Assembly: GCA_002427545.1 (NCBI GenBank)
Contig: DIRM01000038.1
Span: 1 to 58,910 of the forward strand
Direction of reading: 5' to 3'
Length of the DNA stretch: 58,910 nucleotides
DNA from: Mageeibacillus sp. UBA5436
Lineage (GTDB): Bacteria; Bacillota; Clostridia; Saccharofermentanales; DTU023
Position numbers and translations under genes: made by a program. The notes under the pieces were generated by a model. It did no database searches. It was not told where the DNA came from and saw nothing but the letters and a program-made list of their open reading frames with translations. Below are positions 49,936-58,910 of the stretch, piece by piece; the first letter of the stretch is position 1; the number at the start of each line of letters is the position of its first letter.

Positions 49936-52626
49936 ATGGCTGAAGATAAAAATAATACAGAAAAACTTGATGCAAGAGCACTACAAGAGCAAAGAGAAGC
50001 AGAAGTTGATCAAGCTTTTCGTAATCCGGATAATGTCATTATACCTAGAGACTTAGAAATTGAAATGCGAAAATCATTCATCGATTATGCGATGAGTGTT
50101 ATTACAGATCGTGCTATTCCAGATGTACGTGATGGTTTAAAACCGGTACATCGACGCATTCTATATTCCATGTTTACACAAGGTTTTACACATGATCAAC
50201 CTTATAGAAAATGCGCAACTACCGTTGGTGATGTATTAGGTCGATTTCATCCACATGGTGATGCCGCAGTTTATGATAGTTTAGTTCGTTTAGCCCAGCC
50301 GTTTTCCATGCGTCATACTTTGGTTGATGGCCATGGTAACTTTGGTTCAAGGGACGGCGATCCACCAGCAGCCTATCGTTATACAGAAGCCAGATTAACT
50401 CGTTTATCTGGTGAGATGATGGCGAATATCAATAAAGATACCGTTGATTTTAGGCCGAATTTTGATGAACATCATTTAGAACCAGAGGTTTTACCAGCTC
50501 CATTCCCAAACTTACTTGTAAATGGTGCAACCGGTATTGCTGTCGGTATGGCTACCAATATTCCGCCTCATAATATGGGCGAAACCATTGATGCTTCTAT
50601 TTATTTAATCGATAATCCCGATAGTGATGCGGATGATTTGATGAATATTATTCCTGGACCAGACTTTCCCACTGCTGGAATTATTATGGGGACTTCGGGT
50701 ATTCGTTCAACTTATCGTTCAGGCCATGGCAGAATTGTTGTACGTGCCAAAACTGAAATAGAAGAAATGCGCAATAATAGATATCGTATTCTCGTTCATG
50801 AATTACCCTATATGGTCAATAAAGCAAGATTAATTGAACGCATAGCGGACTTAATGAAAGATAAACGAATTGAAGGCATTTCGGATGTTCGCGATGAATC
50901 TGACAGAAATCAAGAAGTTAGAATTGTCATTGAATTAAAAAGAGATGCAACACCAAGTGTTGTTCTCAATCAATTATTTCGAAATACACAAATGCAAGAT
51001 ACCTTCAGTGCTAATCTCTTAACTTTAGTCAATGATGAAGAAAATCATTATGTTCCTAAAATTGTTAACTTAGTTGAGGCTTTGCAATATTTCATAGATT
51101 TTAGACGCGAAATTATAACAAGGCGCACCAAATTTGATTTGGAAAAAGCCGAGGCGAGAAAACATATCGTTGAAGGCTTACAATTAGCCATTGATCATAT
51201 CGATGAAGTCATTAGCATCATCAGAGCTTCAGCCAATGAAACCGTAGCCAAACAAAATTTAATAGAACGTTTTGAATTATCTGAAAAACAAGCTCAAAAT
51301 ATTGTGGATATGCGTTTAGGCCGTTTATCTGGATTAGAAAGAGATAAATTACAGGCAGAAGCAGATGATTTAGCCGAAAAAATTGCATATTATAATCGTA
51401 TTTTGACAGAACCGACTTTAAGAGATGATATTGTCAAAGATGAATTATTACAGACGAAAAAACGTTATGCCAATGAGCGTCGCACCTATATTGATCCGAC
51501 GGCTGAATTTGATATGGATATCGATGATGAATCTTTAATTGAAGAAGAGCAAATTGTCATCACGATGACTAAAGAAGGTTATATTAAAAGAATACCAGCT
51601 GATACTTATTCTGCTCAGCATCGTGGTGGACGTGGTATTACTGCTATGCAAACGCGAGAAGAAGACATTGTAGATATGCTTCGGACGACTTCAACTCATG
51701 ATTTTATCCTTTTCTTTACCAATACAGGGCGTGTTTTCAAATTAAAAGGCTATCAAATTCCAGATGCTGGTCGCCAGGCTAGAGGAATGGCTGTTGTTAA
51801 TTTATTGCAATTAAGTCCAGATGAAAAAGTAACAGGATTTATTTCTATAGAGGACTTCGATCAAGATAAATATTTATTGTTTGCTACAGCTCAAGGGCAA
51901 GTTAAAAAGACATCCTTGGATCAATATCTCAATATTCATAAAGGTGGCCTCATTGCAATCAATTTAAGAGAAAATGATAATTTGGTAGGCGTAGAACTTG
52001 CCGATGATAAACATGATGTCATTCTTGTAACCCAAAAGGGTAAAGGCATTCGTTTCTCAGAAACAGATGTTCGAGCAACTGGTAGAAATACGAGTGGTGT
52101 TAGAGGAATTAAATTGTCTGGGCAGGATCAGGTTATAGCAATGGTTGTACCAGATCGTTCAGAGAATCTTTTAATTGTTACAGAAAATGGCTTTGGTAAA
52201 GCAACGAATATTGATGACTTTAGAGTTCAAAATAGAGGCGGCAAAGGTTTAATTGCTTATAAGATTACACAAAAAACGGGTAAAGCAGTCAATGCAGTCT
52301 TACTCAATCAGATGAAGTCAACAGACATTTTATTAATCAATGATGCTGGTATTATTATTCGTATTAATTCTTCAGAAGTTCCAGTACTTTCACGTAGCAC
52401 ACAAGGCGTAACTTTAATGAGAACTCATGATTCTAAAGTCGTCGATTTATCTTTGATTGAAAAAGATGAAGAGGATGATGAAAAAATTCAGGCAAATGCC
52501 GATGTAGACAATTCTGATGCAAATAATGCTGAGGAAGAAAATATAGATGAAGATACAAATATGGAAAATACCAAAGAAAGTACAGATACAATCGATGAAG
52601 ACGATGAAGAAACAGATAATTCTTAA
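49936..52626 (+). CDS. gyrA: DNA gyrase subunit A
   Basis: DGLKPVHRR, HPHGD, RYTE, GyrA-box QHRGGRG, beta-pinwheel repeats and an acidic tail. Confidence 0.95.
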   Translation: MAEDKNNTEKLDARALQEQREAEVDQAFRNPDNVIIPRDLEIEMRKSFIDYAMSVITDRAIPDVRDGLKPVHRRILYSMFTQGFTHDQPYRKCATTVGDVLGRFHPHGDAAVYDSLVRLAQPFSMRHTLVDGHGNFGSRDGDPPAAYRYTEARLTRLSGEMMANINKDTVDFRPNFDEHHLEPEVLPAPFPNLLVNGATGIAVGMATNIPPHNMGETIDASIYLIDNPDSDADDLMNIIPGPDFPTAGIIMGTSGIRSTYRSGHGRIVVRAKTEIEEMRNNRYRILVHELPYMVNKARLIERIADLMKDKRIEGISDVRDESDRNQEVRIVIELKRDATPSVVLNQLFRNTQMQDTFSANLLTLVNDEENHYVPKIVNLVEALQYFIDFRREIITRRTKFDLEKAEARKHIVEGLQLAIDHIDEVISIIRASANETVAKQNLIERFELSEKQAQNIVDMRLGRLSGLERDKLQAEADDLAEKIAYYNRILTEPTLRDDIVKDELLQTKKRYANERRTYIDPTAEFDMDIDDESLIEEEQIVITMTKEGYIKRIPADTYSAQHRGGRGITAMQTREEDIVDMLRTTSTHDFILFFTNTGRVFKLKGYQIPDAGRQARGMAVVNLLQLSPDEKVTGFISIEDFDQDKYLLFATAQGQVKKTSLDQYLNIHKGGLIAINLRENDNLVGVELADDKHDVILVTQKGKGIRFSETDVRATGRNTSGVRGIKLSGQDQVIAMVVPDRSENLLIVTENGFGKATNIDDFRVQNRGGKGLIAYKITQKTGKAVNAVLLNQMKSTDILLINDAGIIIRINSSEVPVLSRSTQGVTLMRTHDSKVVDLSLIEKDEEDDEKIQANADVDNSDANNAEEENIDEDTNMENTKESTDTIDEDDEETDNS

Positions 52627-52642
52627 TTATAGGGGGGAATAA

Positions 52643-53839
52643 ATGAATAATTTCGATTTTTGTAGTCCTACTTATTTTGCTTTTGGAAAAGACACGGAAA
52701 AAAGAGTTGGTGAATTGACTAAAAAATTTAATGGGAGCAAAGTTTTACTTCATTATGGACAAGGCTCTGTTATCAAAAATGGATTATTGGATATTGTTCG
52801 AGAATCCTTAAGACAAGAAAATATCGAATTTGTTGAATTAGGTGGTGTTTTACCTAATCCAAGAGCAGATCTTGTTTATGAGGGAATTGAGCTTTGTAAA
52901 AAAGAAAAAGTTGATTTTATCATTGGACTCGGTGGAGGCAGTGCTATAGATTCAGCTAAAGCAATTTCAGTTGGTTCTCTATATGATGGTGATTTTTGGG
53001 ATTTTTATGAAATGAAAGCCATACCACAAAAAGCAATACCGGTAGCCACCATTTTAACCCTGGCTGCAACCGGTTCTGAAGGTTCGAATTCATCAGTCAT
53101 TAGCAATATTAAATTAGGGAAAAAATATGGATTGAACTCAGAATTGATTCGACCTGTTTTTAGTATTCTAAATCCAGAATATACCTATTCTTTACCAGCT
53201 TATCAAACAGCTTGTGGTATTGTAGATATGCTTTCTCATATTATGGAGAGATATTTTACAAATACACAAGATGTAGGCTTAACAGATCGTCTTTGTGAGG
53301 CTGTCATGCAAACTTTGATTGCCAATGGTAAAGTGGCTATGCAAGATCCTAATAATTATGAAGCCCGAGCAAATTTAATGTGGTCAGGTACTATGGCTCA
53401 TAATAATATTTTGGGTGTTGGTAGAGAACAAGATTGGTCCTCACATGCAATGGAACATGAATTATCTGCTCTTTATGATGTAGCACATGGCGCAGGTTTA
53501 GCTGTTGTTTTCCCAGCTTTTATGAAATTTACTATGCCTAAGCACATTATGCGCTATGCCCAATTAGCAAATCGTGTTTTTCATATCGAAATGGATTTTG
53601 AAAATCCTGAAAATACGGCTAGAGCTGGTATTGAGGCCTTTGTAGATTTCTTTAAATCATTAAATATGCCAACAACTTTTGAGGAATTAGGCGCTAAGGA
53701 AGAAGATATTCCTACTCTTGCTGCAAATGCCAGAATAAAAGGCGGCGGAGATCAATTAGGCTTCTTTGAACCATTAAATAGAAAAGATATTGAAGCGGTT
53801 TATCAATTAATGTTGGAAAAAAATAAAAATAATTGGTAA
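52643..53839 (+). CDS. Iron-containing alcohol dehydrogenase (Bdh/YqhD-like)
   Basis: GGGSAID, ATGSE, HAMEH and HGAGLA. Confidence 0.9.
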   Translation: MNNFDFCSPTYFAFGKDTEKRVGELTKKFNGSKVLLHYGQGSVIKNGLLDIVRESLRQENIEFVELGGVLPNPRADLVYEGIELCKKEKVDFIIGLGGGSAIDSAKAISVGSLYDGDFWDFYEMKAIPQKAIPVATILTLAATGSEGSNSSVISNIKLGKKYGLNSELIRPVFSILNPEYTYSLPAYQTACGIVDMLSHIMERYFTNTQDVGLTDRLCEAVMQTLIANGKVAMQDPNNYEARANLMWSGTMAHNNILGVGREQDWSSHAMEHELSALYDVAHGAGLAVVFPAFMKFTMPKHIMRYAQLANRVFHIEMDFENPENTARAGIEAFVDFFKSLNMPTTFEELGAKEEDIPTLAANARIKGGGDQLGFFEPLNRKDIEAVYQLMLEKNKNNW

Positions 53840-53954
53840 TCAGAAAAACAGAATATGATTGACTAGAAAAAAACAACAAAAAAGATAATATTATTTAATG
53901 AAAAAAATAATTTTAATTAGTAATTAATAATGCTTAAAGAATGAAGGATTCATA

Positions 53955-55793
53955 ATGAAAAAGTTTATTAATAAATATGATATTGACGAAACAATAGATT
54001 CATTTGATATAAGTAAAAATTGGAATAGAGAAGACATCCCGGAAAAAGGCACTTGGGATTTAAGCTTTTTATTTGCAGATGATGAGGCATGGGAACAAGC
54101 CTTTGAGGAAATAAAAAACAATTTAAATGAAGCAGATAAATATCAAGGAAAATTAAGTTCATCTGCTGATGCTTTATTGGCTGGTTTAGAACATTATGAA
54201 AAAACGGTAAGACAAGCTGAAAAAGTTATTGTTTATTCAAATTTTAAACATGATCAAAATCAAGCTGATTCTAAATACGTGGCAATGAAATCCAAGGCCT
54301 CGCAATACTTGGCTCAATTAGCTGGCAAATTAGCTTTTATGCAGCCAGAACTCGTTTCTATTGAAAAAGAAACCTATGATAAATTTATTCGTGAAAATGA
54401 TAAATTGAAAATTTATAAACATTATTTTGATCAAATTCTACGCCAAAAAGCTCATACTTTATCTAATAAAGAAGAGACACTTCTAGCTCAAGCTTCAGAT
54501 ATTTTGGACACTAGTTCTGAAGTATTTGCAGTTTTTAGTAATGCTGATTTGGAGTTCCCAACTGTTAAAGTTAAGGATGAAGATGTCCGTATTACTCAAG
54601 CTAATTTTGTTCCTTTATTAGAAAATAAAGATCGTAAATTACGTCAAGAAGTTTATGAAAAATATTATGCTACCTATAAGCAATATGAAAACACCTTAGC
54701 CTTAACTTTACAGAAAGAAATTAAAAAAGATAATTTTAATGCTTCTGTGCGAGGGCATAAAAGTGCAAGAGCAGCAGCGCTTTACGATAATGCAATACCA
54801 GAAATTGTCTATGATCAATTGCTTAATACAATCAGTGAACATTATGATTTATTACATAGATATGTGCATTTAAGAAAAGAAAAATTAAATCTTGAAACGT
54901 TACATGGCTATGATCTTTATACATCTATGGTAGATAATGTCGACTTTAAATTTAAGCCTTCTGAAGCTAAAGAAATTGTGATTGACGCTTTAAAACCATT
55001 AGGTGAAAAATATGGCCAAATATTAGAAAAAGCTTTTGATGAGAGATGGATTGATTGGTTCTCCAATAAAGGAAAAAGATCTGGTGCTTATAGTGCTGGT
55101 TCTACCTATGATAGCAAACCATATATGCTTTTAAACTGGCAGGGTACATTAGATGCTGTCTATACGTTAGCACATGAATTGGGCCATTCAATGCATTCTT
55201 ACTTTGCCAATGGACAGCCATATATTTATAGTGACTATTCCATTTTCTTGGCAGAAATTGCCTCAACGACGAATGAAAATCTTTTAACCGAGTATCTCTT
55301 ACAACATGAAAAAGATCCAAAACGTAAAAAATATATTATTAATCATTATTTAGATGGATTTAAAGGTACCGTATTTAGACAATCACAATTTGCAAAATTT
55401 GAACATTTGATCCATCAATCTGATCAAGAGGGTATTGCTTTGACCGCTGATTATCTAAATGAGCAATATGGTAAAATAAATCAAGAATTTTATGGACCAG
55501 AGCTTATTTTAGATCAACAACTTTCCCAAGAATGGATTCGTATACCACATTTCTATTACAATTATTATGTCTATCAATACGCAACAGGATTTAGTGCAGC
55601 AACGAGTTTTGCCTCTCGTATTTTGGCCGAAGGAAAACCAGCAACAGATCAATACTTAAAATTTCTCAAAGCTGGAACTTCTGATTATCCAATTGATGTC
55701 TTAAAAACATCAGGATTAGATATGACAACCTCAGAACCAATTGTATCTGCTTTAAAAACCTTTGAAAAATACTTAAACAAGTTTGAGGAATAA
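53955..55793 (+). CDS. pepF: Oligoendopeptidase F (peptidase M3B)
   Basis: GKRSGAYS, HELGH, AEIASTTNE and HFYYNYYVYQYATG. Confidence 0.94.
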   Translation: MKKFINKYDIDETIDSFDISKNWNREDIPEKGTWDLSFLFADDEAWEQAFEEIKNNLNEADKYQGKLSSSADALLAGLEHYEKTVRQAEKVIVYSNFKHDQNQADSKYVAMKSKASQYLAQLAGKLAFMQPELVSIEKETYDKFIRENDKLKIYKHYFDQILRQKAHTLSNKEETLLAQASDILDTSSEVFAVFSNADLEFPTVKVKDEDVRITQANFVPLLENKDRKLRQEVYEKYYATYKQYENTLALTLQKEIKKDNFNASVRGHKSARAAALYDNAIPEIVYDQLLNTISEHYDLLHRYVHLRKEKLNLETLHGYDLYTSMVDNVDFKFKPSEAKEIVIDALKPLGEKYGQILEKAFDERWIDWFSNKGKRSGAYSAGSTYDSKPYMLLNWQGTLDAVYTLAHELGHSMHSYFANGQPYIYSDYSIFLAEIASTTNENLLTEYLLQHEKDPKRKKYIINHYLDGFKGTVFRQSQFAKFEHLIHQSDQEGIALTADYLNEQYGKINQEFYGPELILDQQLSQEWIRIPHFYYNYYVYQYATGFSAATSFASRILAEGKPATDQYLKFLKAGTSDYPIDVLKTSGLDMTTSEPIVSALKTFEKYLNKFEE

Positions 55794-55898
55794 ATAAGAA
55801 ATAATTAAAAGAATCCTAATACTATTTTGACCAGAATGTTCTACAATTTGCATAATAGATTTTAATCTTCAAAAAAAATGATATGAGTAGGAGAAAAT

Positions 55899-57908
55899 AT
55901 GGCTAATCAAAATAATAAAACTCATAATCAATATGATGATCCCGATAATCAAAGGGATAAACCGAATGATCAAAGGTTACGAGGGCAAAATCCCTTTGAG
56001 CAAGGTTCGTATGAGCAAAATTCCAATAATAATCCATATAATACAGAATCACAGGGGCAAGGATCTTATGAAGAAAATCCATCCCATAACCCTTATGATC
56101 CTTATTCAACAAATTATTATAATCCAAATTCACAAGGTGAAAATACAGATAGCTCTGAAAATAGTCCATATCATTTAGATTCGCAAGATCATGATTATGA
56201 TGAAGAAAATTCATTAGATGATCCGTATAATTCTGTTACAACAAATCTTTATGATCAAAATCAAAATGATCAAGATTCTAATTATGATCAAGCTAATGAA
56301 TACTCACCATATGATACGAATTACGATGATGAAGACGATGAAAAATATAAAAAATGGATTTTACCACTAGTTATCATTGGTGTTGTATTATTTATTTTAA
56401 TTATTTTTTCTTTTCTTAGAATTTTTGGTGTTATAGGAAATAAAAATAAAAAGGATTCAGAAGCCTCGTTTGAAAAGCAAACAGAAACTACTCAGCAACT
56501 AAGCTTAAAAACGGATGAAACACAAACTAAAGATAAAACAAAAGTTACGGTAAGTATAAAAACAACTTCTAATAGACCAGGCAGGAGTCCTGGCTTAACA
56601 ACAGTCTTAAGTACTAAAGTACCAACTAAAAATACAACCACAACTAGTACAGGATTAAAAATTGATGAAAAAGAAATAAAAACAACCACGACCCCAGTAT
56701 CTACGACTACGGTTGCTACGACAACATCTACAACGGCACCAACAACAACGTCTACAACGACGCCAACATCAGCACCAACAACGGCACCGACAACGGCTCC
56801 AACAACTACGCCAACGTCAGCACCGACAACGGAACCAACAACAGCGCCTACAACGACGCCGACGCCAGCACCGACAACGGCACCAACAACAGCGCCTACA
56901 ACGACGCCAACGCCAGAACCGACAACGGAACCAACAACAACACCTACGTCTGCGCCAACTACAACTCCAACAACGGAACCGACAAATAAAGAAGTAGACA
57001 TCCCTGATTCAATTACCGCAGAAGGTTATCCTGCTTTACCAAAGATAGAAAATCCGAATGGTAATCTGACTTCAATAATTGAGAACTTGCCGCAAGGTGC
57101 AATCATTAATCAATCAGGTTCAAAAATGGCGACCTTGTCTGGAAGTAATGTCATTCAAATAGAAGATGATGCGAAAATAAGTGAATACGAAATATTCGAT
57201 AGCACAATAGATAAGTTAGTAAGTTTGAATGATAAATCATTTTATTATCTTTCAGCAGGAAAACTTTATCGTTTTAATTTTGAAGATGAAAGTTCTGTAG
57301 AAATAAAGAATGAGATATCTATTGACTTAGAAAAGGCAATCTATTATTCAATAAATAAAGATAATGTTTTGATTTACAGTAATGATAAACTTTATACGAT
57401 AAAAGACGAAATGATTATAGATTTATTATCTGAAAAGGTTTCTGATATTAAAATTCAAGGGAATTTATTAGCTTTCTTAAATGATAAAAGTGAAATCAAT
57501 CTTTTAGATTTGAGTGGAAGTTTAGAACAAAGTAATATTAAAATAATTCCAGAATCTGGTATTACTAAATATAGTATATCAACGGATGGTAATAGCATTA
57601 CTTATTTAAAGAATCAAAGGGTATTTACCTATAAAGGAAATAAAATATATCCCGCATCTGATAAAGAATCTGATTTTATTCTTTCTGATAATCCAAATAA
57701 ATTAATTGTCTATACATCTGATAAAGATTTAATAATTTTTACCATAAGTGAAGAACTTAAGTTAGATAAAGTATTTGAAAAAGTCAGTCCAGACACAATT
57801 GCGCATAATCAAGTCTTGAATTATGGTGGAAATTGCCTTTATGCTAATGCGAATAATTTTACCATTATTTATGAAAACGGTGACACAGAAGTGATTAATT
57901 TGTCATAA
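55899..57908 (+). CDS. Single-pass membrane protein: Tyr/Asn/Asp-rich N-terminus, Thr/Pro-rich stalk, beta-rich C-terminal domain
   Basis: RBS AGGAG; TM segment WILPLVIIGVVLFILIIFSFL; PTT repeats. Confidence 0.75.
   Translation: MANQNNKTHNQYDDPDNQRDKPNDQRLRGQNPFEQGSYEQNSNNNPYNTESQGQGSYEENPSHNPYDPYSTNYYNPNSQGENTDSSENSPYHLDSQDHDYDEENSLDDPYNSVTTNLYDQNQNDQDSNYDQANEYSPYDTNYDDEDDEKYKKWILPLVIIGVVLFILIIFSFLRIFGVIGNKNKKDSEASFEKQTETTQQLSLKTDETQTKDKTKVTVSIKTTSNRPGRSPGLTTVLSTKVPTKNTTTTSTGLKIDEKEIKTTTTPVSTTTVATTTSTTAPTTTSTTTPTSAPTTAPTTAPTTTPTSAPTTEPTTAPTTTPTPAPTTAPTTAPTTTPTPEPTTEPTTTPTSAPTTTPTTEPTNKEVDIPDSITAEGYPALPKIENPNGNLTSIIENLPQGAIINQSGSKMATLSGSNVIQIEDDAKISEYEIFDSTIDKLVSLNDKSFYYLSAGKLYRFNFEDESSVEIKNEISIDLEKAIYYSINKDNVLIYSNDKLYTIKDEMIIDLLSEKVSDIKIQGNLLAFLNDKSEINLLDLSGSLEQSNIKIIPESGITKYSISTDGNSITYLKNQRVFTYKGNKIYPASDKESDFILSDNPNKLIVYTSDKDLIIFTISEELKLDKVFEKVSPDTIAHNQVLNYGGNCLYANANNFTIIYENGDTEVINLS
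56738..56985 (+). repeat. 12-bp-period degenerate tandem repeat encoding PTT(A/E/T)/PTSA units
   Basis: About 20 four-residue units (CCRACAACRGCR-like). Confidence 0.9.
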
Positions 57909-57972
57909 CTGATACTATCAAAAAACAATCATAATGTGGCAAAAAATATAAGAAGTTGTTAAAAGAAAAAAT

Positions 57973-58021
57973 AAAAAACCTCCCTTTTTGATTGAGTGAA
58001 AAAGCGGAGGTTTTCTTTTTT
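57973..58021. terminator. Bidirectional terminator between convergent genes
   Basis: AAAACCTCCCTTTTT...AAAAAGCGGAGGTTTT with T/A tracts on both sides. Confidence 0.75.
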
Positions 58022-58094
58022 GTATTAATTAATGAAGATGTTATTTTATTAATTGAAATTAGATCTTAATATATATATATACCATATGTATTTT

Positions 58095-58634
58095 TTAATT
58101 CTCGTTTTGAATTTCAATTTGACAAGGCTTCATCGCAGCTAAAGCGGTTTTATGCTGCTCGGGAGTTACGCCTGCACAACAGGATGCATCAATAAAAATA
58201 GAAACTTCAGGCAAAAAAGCTTTAATAAGCAAAGCGTTTGAAATTACACAGATATCAGTACAAAGACCAATCAGTGTAATTTCTTTAATCGGCTCTTTAT
58301 GATGTTCTTTCAGGAGCCAATTTCCTAATTCAACAGAACCGAATGTGGGTTTCTTAAATTTATGGACATCGCCTTTGCTCGCTAGTACCTCACGAACTTA
58401 TGATCTTAGCTCCCAACCTTCAGTCTTTTCTATACAGTGTTTTACAGGCAGATTTTTGCCTTCTAGCGTATTAAGGTAGTCATTGGAATGAGTATCCTGA
58501 GTAACAATACAGGATCCGTCAAAATCTCTAATTTTTCGAACAACATTAGGAACAATTGCCAATGCCTCTTTTGTCCCAAGACTTCCAGAAATAAAATCAT
58601 TTTGCATATCAACGATTATTAAATAATTATTCAT
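58095..58634 (-). pseudogene. Isochorismatase/nicotinamidase-family cysteine hydrolase interrupted by an in-frame TAA at codon 79
   Basis: VDMQNDF...DTH...HC..TEGWELRS* continues in the same frame as VREVL...KPTFGS...GLCTDICV...CCAG...CQIEIQNEN*. Confidence 0.85.
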
Positions 58635-58910
58635 AACACACAACTCCTTTGAATTCTTCATATAGATGAAGAAAATAACAAAATAAAGATCATAAACTCT
58701 ATTCTCAACATAATATAATAATTATTAAAATGATTCATCTGAAATTCAAATCACAAGATTTCACCGATAATTAAAAAATTAATGATATTCTTCTGATAAA
58801 TAAAAATTAAATAATATTTGAAATTATGGTTTTACTCTTAAATTAAAGAATTAATAGAAATAAAGATAATAATACAAAACACGACAACAAGGCCAAAACG
58901 CACGGCAACA

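Noticed and set aside
56492-57001. 169-aa antisense ORF (GVVVGA repeats) and the 94-aa Q/R-rich frameshifted ORF 56713-56997
   Set aside because: Both are stop-free shadows of the PTT repeat, with no RBS or independent evidence.
1-58910. CRISPR array, rRNA, IS element, prophage or defence system
   Set aside because: No repeat-spacer array, cas, transposase, phage or rRNA signatures were seen. The sizeable tandem repeats are all within coding sequences.

Overview
AT-rich, mostly core-genome segment that looks like a low-GC Firmicute, probably Clostridia (inferred from gene families and synteny). Most genes are on the + strand. In order: an EutH-family transporter, an atypical GlpK-like kinase and a three-gene glycerol-3-phosphate-dehydrogenase-like module; thrB and a hotdog thioesterase; an argG-argH-amino acid ABC operon with tandem ARG boxes; a family-5 peptide/nickel ABC operon; lysA-lysC-dapA-dapB-ddh; a type III glutamine synthetase; tRNA-Gly(CCC); a YtfQRT/YjfF-like sugar ABC operon; ArsR, a P1B ATPase and a small HMA protein; tig-clpP-clpX; a degenerate Hanks-type kinase; metG and tatD; rpmH-rnpA-yidD-yidC-jag-mnmE-mnmG-rsmG with no dnaA upstream and a lone gyrA downstream; an Fe-alcohol dehydrogenase; pepF; a Tyr-rich/Pro-Thr-repeat membrane protein; and a cysteine hydrolase (nicotinamidase-like) broken by one in-frame TAA. 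I saw no CRISPR array, integrase, transposase or rRNA. The best candidate for an undescribed system is the EutH + altered-pocket GlpK + dehydrogenase locus, possibly an amino-alcohol/amino-polyol catabolic pathway. Other leads are the pseudokinase, the displaced origin-gene cluster and a hidden internal lysC beta-subunit start. All calls rest on motif recognition by eye; no searches were run.
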